From assembly GCA_022563535.1 (NCBI GenBank), contig JADFNE010000020.1, positions 4,040 through 68,039 on the forward strand: a stretch of DNA of 64,000 nucleotides. The letters are read 5' to 3'. Shown here one piece after another: positions 60,981-64,000 of this stretch. The notes below the pieces were generated by a model. It was given only the letters and a program-made list of their open reading frames with translations, made no database searches and had not been told where the DNA came from. The first letter of the stretch is position 1; each line of letters opens with the position of its first letter. The translations under genes were made by a program, and so were the position numbers. The DNA is from Myxococcales bacterium (lineage in GTDB: Bacteria; Myxococcota_A; UBA9160; UBA4427).

Positions 60981-62003
60981 ATGGAAGACTGGGTCGTCTC
61001 AAATATCGTAACCGGGCTGCTGCTGGCGGGGTTTGTCGGCGCGGCCGCGGCAATTCGCAGCAGTCGCATCTGGACCGAGGCAGCGGTTTCGCTGTGGCGA
61101 CGTCGTCCGATTGCAATTTTGGTCGTCAGCTTCTACCTCGCTGTCGCGATTCTCGATTCGATCTTGTGGGTGGGTGGCGCCGATACCGGAGAAGACGTGG
61201 TATCCGCCCACGAGGCCAAGAGTGTGATTGATCGCATCTTCTTGGACGCGCGCGAGCGCAGCTACTCCGCCCCTCTGGCCGATGTGGAGTTCTACGGTGC
61301 GAAGCCCCTGGCGCATCCCGGATCGCATCTGATGGGAACCGATATCATCGGCCGCGATGTCGTCTATCTGGCGCTCAAGGGGATACGGGTCGCGCTCTTG
61401 ATCGGCGGTCTCACCAGCTTGATCGCCATTCCTCTTTCTCTCTTGTTTGGAATCTCGGCTGGCTACTTTGGCGGACGGATCGACGATTTTGTCTTCTTCA
61501 TCATGTCGACCCTGGCTTCGATGCCCGGACTGCTCCTGTTGATCGCGCTGATCATGGCCATGGGGCGCTCGACCCTTTCCATTTGTATCGCGCTCGCGGT
61601 AACGAGTTGGGTCGGCTTCTGTCGCCTTGTCCGGGGTGAAACCCTCAAGCTGCGCGAACAGGACTACGTCCAGGCGGCGCGAGTGCTCGGGGTGTCGGAA
61701 GTCCAGATCGTATTACGCCACATCCTCCCCAACTTGACCCATCTCATCATCATCACCTTTGTGTTGACCTTTTCGGGACTGGTGCTTTCCGAAGCGGTGT
61801 TGGCCTGGTTGGGGGTCGGGGTGGACGGCAGCTGGGGGCAGATGATCGATCAGGCGCGAAGCGAACTTTCTCGCGACCCGGTGGTCTGGTGGAACATCAC
61901 CGCCGCGGGGCTTTCCCTGTTTGTCTTGCTGCTCGCCGTAAACATGGTGGGCGACGCGATCCGCGACATCCTCGATCCGCGAACCTTGAGGGAGTCGTCG
62001 TGA
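60981..62003 (+). CDS. ABC transporter permease (OppC/DppC-like)
   Basis: GTDIIGRDV, YVQAARVLGVSEVQIVLRHILPN, VGDAIRDILDPR. Confidence 0.9.
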   Translation: MEDWVVSNIVTGLLLAGFVGAAAAIRSSRIWTEAAVSLWRRRPIAILVVSFYLAVAILDSILWVGGADTGEDVVSAHEAKSVIDRIFLDARERSYSAPLADVEFYGAKPLAHPGSHLMGTDIIGRDVVYLALKGIRVALLIGGLTSLIAIPLSLLFGISAGYFGGRIDDFVFFIMSTLASMPGLLLLIALIMAMGRSTLSICIALAVTSWVGFCRLVRGETLKLREQDYVQAARVLGVSEVQIVLRHILPNLTHLIIITFVLTFSGLVLSEAVLAWLGVGVDGSWGQMIDQARSELSRDPVVWWNITAAGLSLFVLLLAVNMVGDAIRDILDPRTLRESS

Positions 62004-62980
62004 GTCCGCTGCTCGAAGTCAACAATCTCACGACGATCTTTCCGGGACCGAACCGCGAAATTCCCGTGGTCGACGAGGTGAGTTTTTCGATCGACCCGGG
62101 CGAAGTGCTCGCGCTCGTCGGAGAGTCCGGTTGTGGCAAGTCCATGACGGCACTTTCGGTGATGCGCCTCGTGCCCAAACCCGGCCGGATTCGACACGGA
62201 CAGATCCTGATGAATGGTCGCGAGATCAGAGAGCTTTCGATCCCCGAGATTCGACAGCTGCGCGGTCACGAGATCGCGATGATCTTCCAGGAACCGATGA
62301 CGAGCCTCAATCCTGTGGTCACCGTGGGGGTTCAGGTCGTCGAAGCCATTCGACTGCACGAACGCGTGGGCAAGACCCGGGCACGCGATCGCACGGTCGA
62401 GTTGTTCGAGCGGGTAGGCATCCCCGATGCTTCGGATCGCTTTGATGTCTATCCCCACCAGCTATCCGGCGGGCTCAAGCAGCGGGTGATGATCGCGATG
62501 GCGCTGTCGACTCGGCCCAAGCTGTTGATCGCGGATGAGCCGACGACGGCCCTCGACGTTACGATCCAGGCACAAATCTTGGAGTTGCTCCGAGAGTTGC
62601 AGCGGGAGAGCGAGATGTCGATTCTGCTGATCACTCATGATCTCGGAGTAGTGAACGAACTCGCAGATCGTGTTGTCGTGATGTATGCCGGCCGGGTCGT
62701 CGAAGCGGGCACTCGGCTCGAAATACTCAGCCATCCCAGCCATCCCTATACCCAGGGTCTCCTCAAATCGAATCCCGCGCTGTCGCAACCGGGCCAGGCG
62801 CTGCCCGAGATTCCCGGCGTCGTTCCCCCGGCCGAGGATTGGCCAGACGGTTGTCGCTTTGCCAATCGGTGTGCGCGGGTGATCGATATCTGCGAGCGCG
62901 AAATTCCACAGTCACTGTCCCTGACCTCGACCCAATCCACCTGCTGTCACGCCGTGGCAAGGGAGCGCCAGGGTGTCTGA
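62000..62980 (+). CDS. ABC transporter ATP-binding protein (OppD/DppD-like)
   Basis: GTGA overlap. Walker A GESGCGKS, signature LSGGLKQR, Walker B LLIADEPTTALD, and a C-terminal HPYTQGLL...CRFANRC oligopeptide-type region. The ORF-track start 61889 is rejected. Confidence 0.9.
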   Translation: MSPLLEVNNLTTIFPGPNREIPVVDEVSFSIDPGEVLALVGESGCGKSMTALSVMRLVPKPGRIRHGQILMNGREIRELSIPEIRQLRGHEIAMIFQEPMTSLNPVVTVGVQVVEAIRLHERVGKTRARDRTVELFERVGIPDASDRFDVYPHQLSGGLKQRVMIAMALSTRPKLLIADEPTTALDVTIQAQILELLRELQRESEMSILLITHDLGVVNELADRVVVMYAGRVVEAGTRLEILSHPSHPYTQGLLKSNPALSQPGQALPEIPGVVPPAEDWPDGCRFANRCARVIDICEREIPQSLSLTSTQSTCCHAVARERQGV

Positions 62981-63980
62981 GGCAAACGGCCAAACACTGC
63001 TGCAGGTAAACGGACTGCGGACCTGGTACCCGATCAAGAAGGGCCTGTTTCGCAAAACCGTGGGCTGGATCAAAGCGGTCGATGGTCTGACGCTCGAGGT
63101 CAAGGCCGGCAAGACCCTGGCTCTCGTCGGAGAGAGTGGCTGCGGAAAAACCACCGCCGGTCGTTCAATCCTGTGTCTCGAGAAGCCCCAGGCAGGCGAA
63201 GTCTTGTTCGAGGGTGTGGATCTCCTCTCGCTCTCCCGCGCAGAACTGCATCCGTATCGGCGCCAGGTCCAGTTCATCTTTCAGGATCCGATGGCGTCCC
63301 TCGATCCTCGTATGCGAGTGCGCGAAATCATCGCGGAGGGCATGAAGTCCTTTGACATCGGTTCTAGCAAACAGGACCGCACCGATCGCGTGGCGGCATT
63401 GCTCGAGCGCGTGCAACTCAACCCCGATCACATGTGGCGCTACCCGCACGAGTTTTCGGGGGGGCAGCGGCAACGCATCGGAATCGCACGGGCGCTCGCG
63501 CCGGAACCCAGGTTGTTGATCTGTGACGAAGCGGTGTCGGCGCTGGACGTGTCGATCCAGGCACAGATCTTGAATCTGCTGCGCAGGCTTCAAGACGAAC
63601 TCGGACTCGCTTATTTGTTCATCACCCACGATCTCGGTGTGGTCAAGTATCTCGCGGACGATGTCGCCGTGATGTATCTCGGGCAAATTGTTGAATCCGG
63701 AAGCACCGCACGCATCTTCGACGATCCGCAGCATCCCTACACCCGGGGGCTGTTGGCGGCCATCCCTTCGGTGGATCCCAATCGTCGGTCGGGCACTCCG
63801 CCAGTCCTGGGGGACGTCCCGTCTCCGGCCAATCCACCTCCGGGCTGCCGCTTCCACACGCGCTGCCCAGTGGCGTTCGAGCGCTGCAAGACAGAGGCTC
63901 CGGAGCTGTACCCACTGGATGGCGCTCAAGAGTCCGGCAGTGCTGAGTGCAGCCGCTGTTTCCTTTCGGAACCGGGTTGA
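62973..63980 (+). CDS. ABC transporter ATP-binding protein (OppF/DppF-like)
   Basis: Walker A GESGCGKT, signature FSGGQRQR, Walker B LLICDEAVSALD, and HPYTRGLL...CRFHTRC. Confidence 0.9.
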   Translation: MSEANGQTLLQVNGLRTWYPIKKGLFRKTVGWIKAVDGLTLEVKAGKTLALVGESGCGKTTAGRSILCLEKPQAGEVLFEGVDLLSLSRAELHPYRRQVQFIFQDPMASLDPRMRVREIIAEGMKSFDIGSSKQDRTDRVAALLERVQLNPDHMWRYPHEFSGGQRQRIGIARALAPEPRLLICDEAVSALDVSIQAQILNLLRRLQDELGLAYLFITHDLGVVKYLADDVAVMYLGQIVESGSTARIFDDPQHPYTRGLLAAIPSVDPNRRSGTPPVLGDVPSPANPPPGCRFHTRCPVAFERCKTEAPELYPLDGAQESGSAECSRCFLSEPG

Positions 63981-64000
63981 TCCGATGCATCCGAGTGGGC

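Overview
GC-rich bacterial chromosomal segment that is densely coding: about 58 protein genes and one tRNA-Gln. I saw no rRNA, CRISPR array, transposase or integrase. Every functional call comes from motifs and architectures read by eye in the supplied translations and DNA; no database search was run. Most of the window is housekeeping. In order: moaC (partial), an ECF sigma/anti-sigma operon, radC, a PilZ protein, ssb, ftsK-lolA, mreB, mltG-ruvX, pgpA, cinA, recA, pilT, alaS, long-form ispG, cvpA, bamD, ispE-tRNA(Gln)-prs-rplY-pth, nhaA, pdxR-pdxS-pdxT and rpsF-rpsR-rplI-dnaB. These are followed by a peptidoglycan-recycling-like cluster (ldcA, a beta-lactamase-fold protein, mpl, pepQ), an iscS-like gene, cysC, and an operon of three lipoproteins plus an Opp/Dpp-type ABC importer. 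The standout is a complete, compact, actinobacterial-type Pup-proteasome module (mpa-dop-pup-prcB-prcA-pafA, 10218-16994). It sits in a genome that, from the same window, clearly has an outer membrane (bamD, lolA, a LolB-like lipoprotein). The module is preceded by an unusually long (858 bp), less GC-rich, ORF-poor region full of TTGCA-centred palindromes and repeats, with a near-consensus sigma-54 promoter about 105 nt upstream of mpa. Secondary curiosities are several short tandem-repeat arrays in intergenic regions (a dense CTAGA array next to bamD, a G-rich 18-mer array before cinA, decamers between dop and pup), a co-directional pdxR-pdxST arrangement with candidate operators, candidate rpsF leader hairpins, and long acidic low-complexity tails on several housekeeping proteins. 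Many long antisense ORFs in the track are GC-composition artefacts and were rejected.
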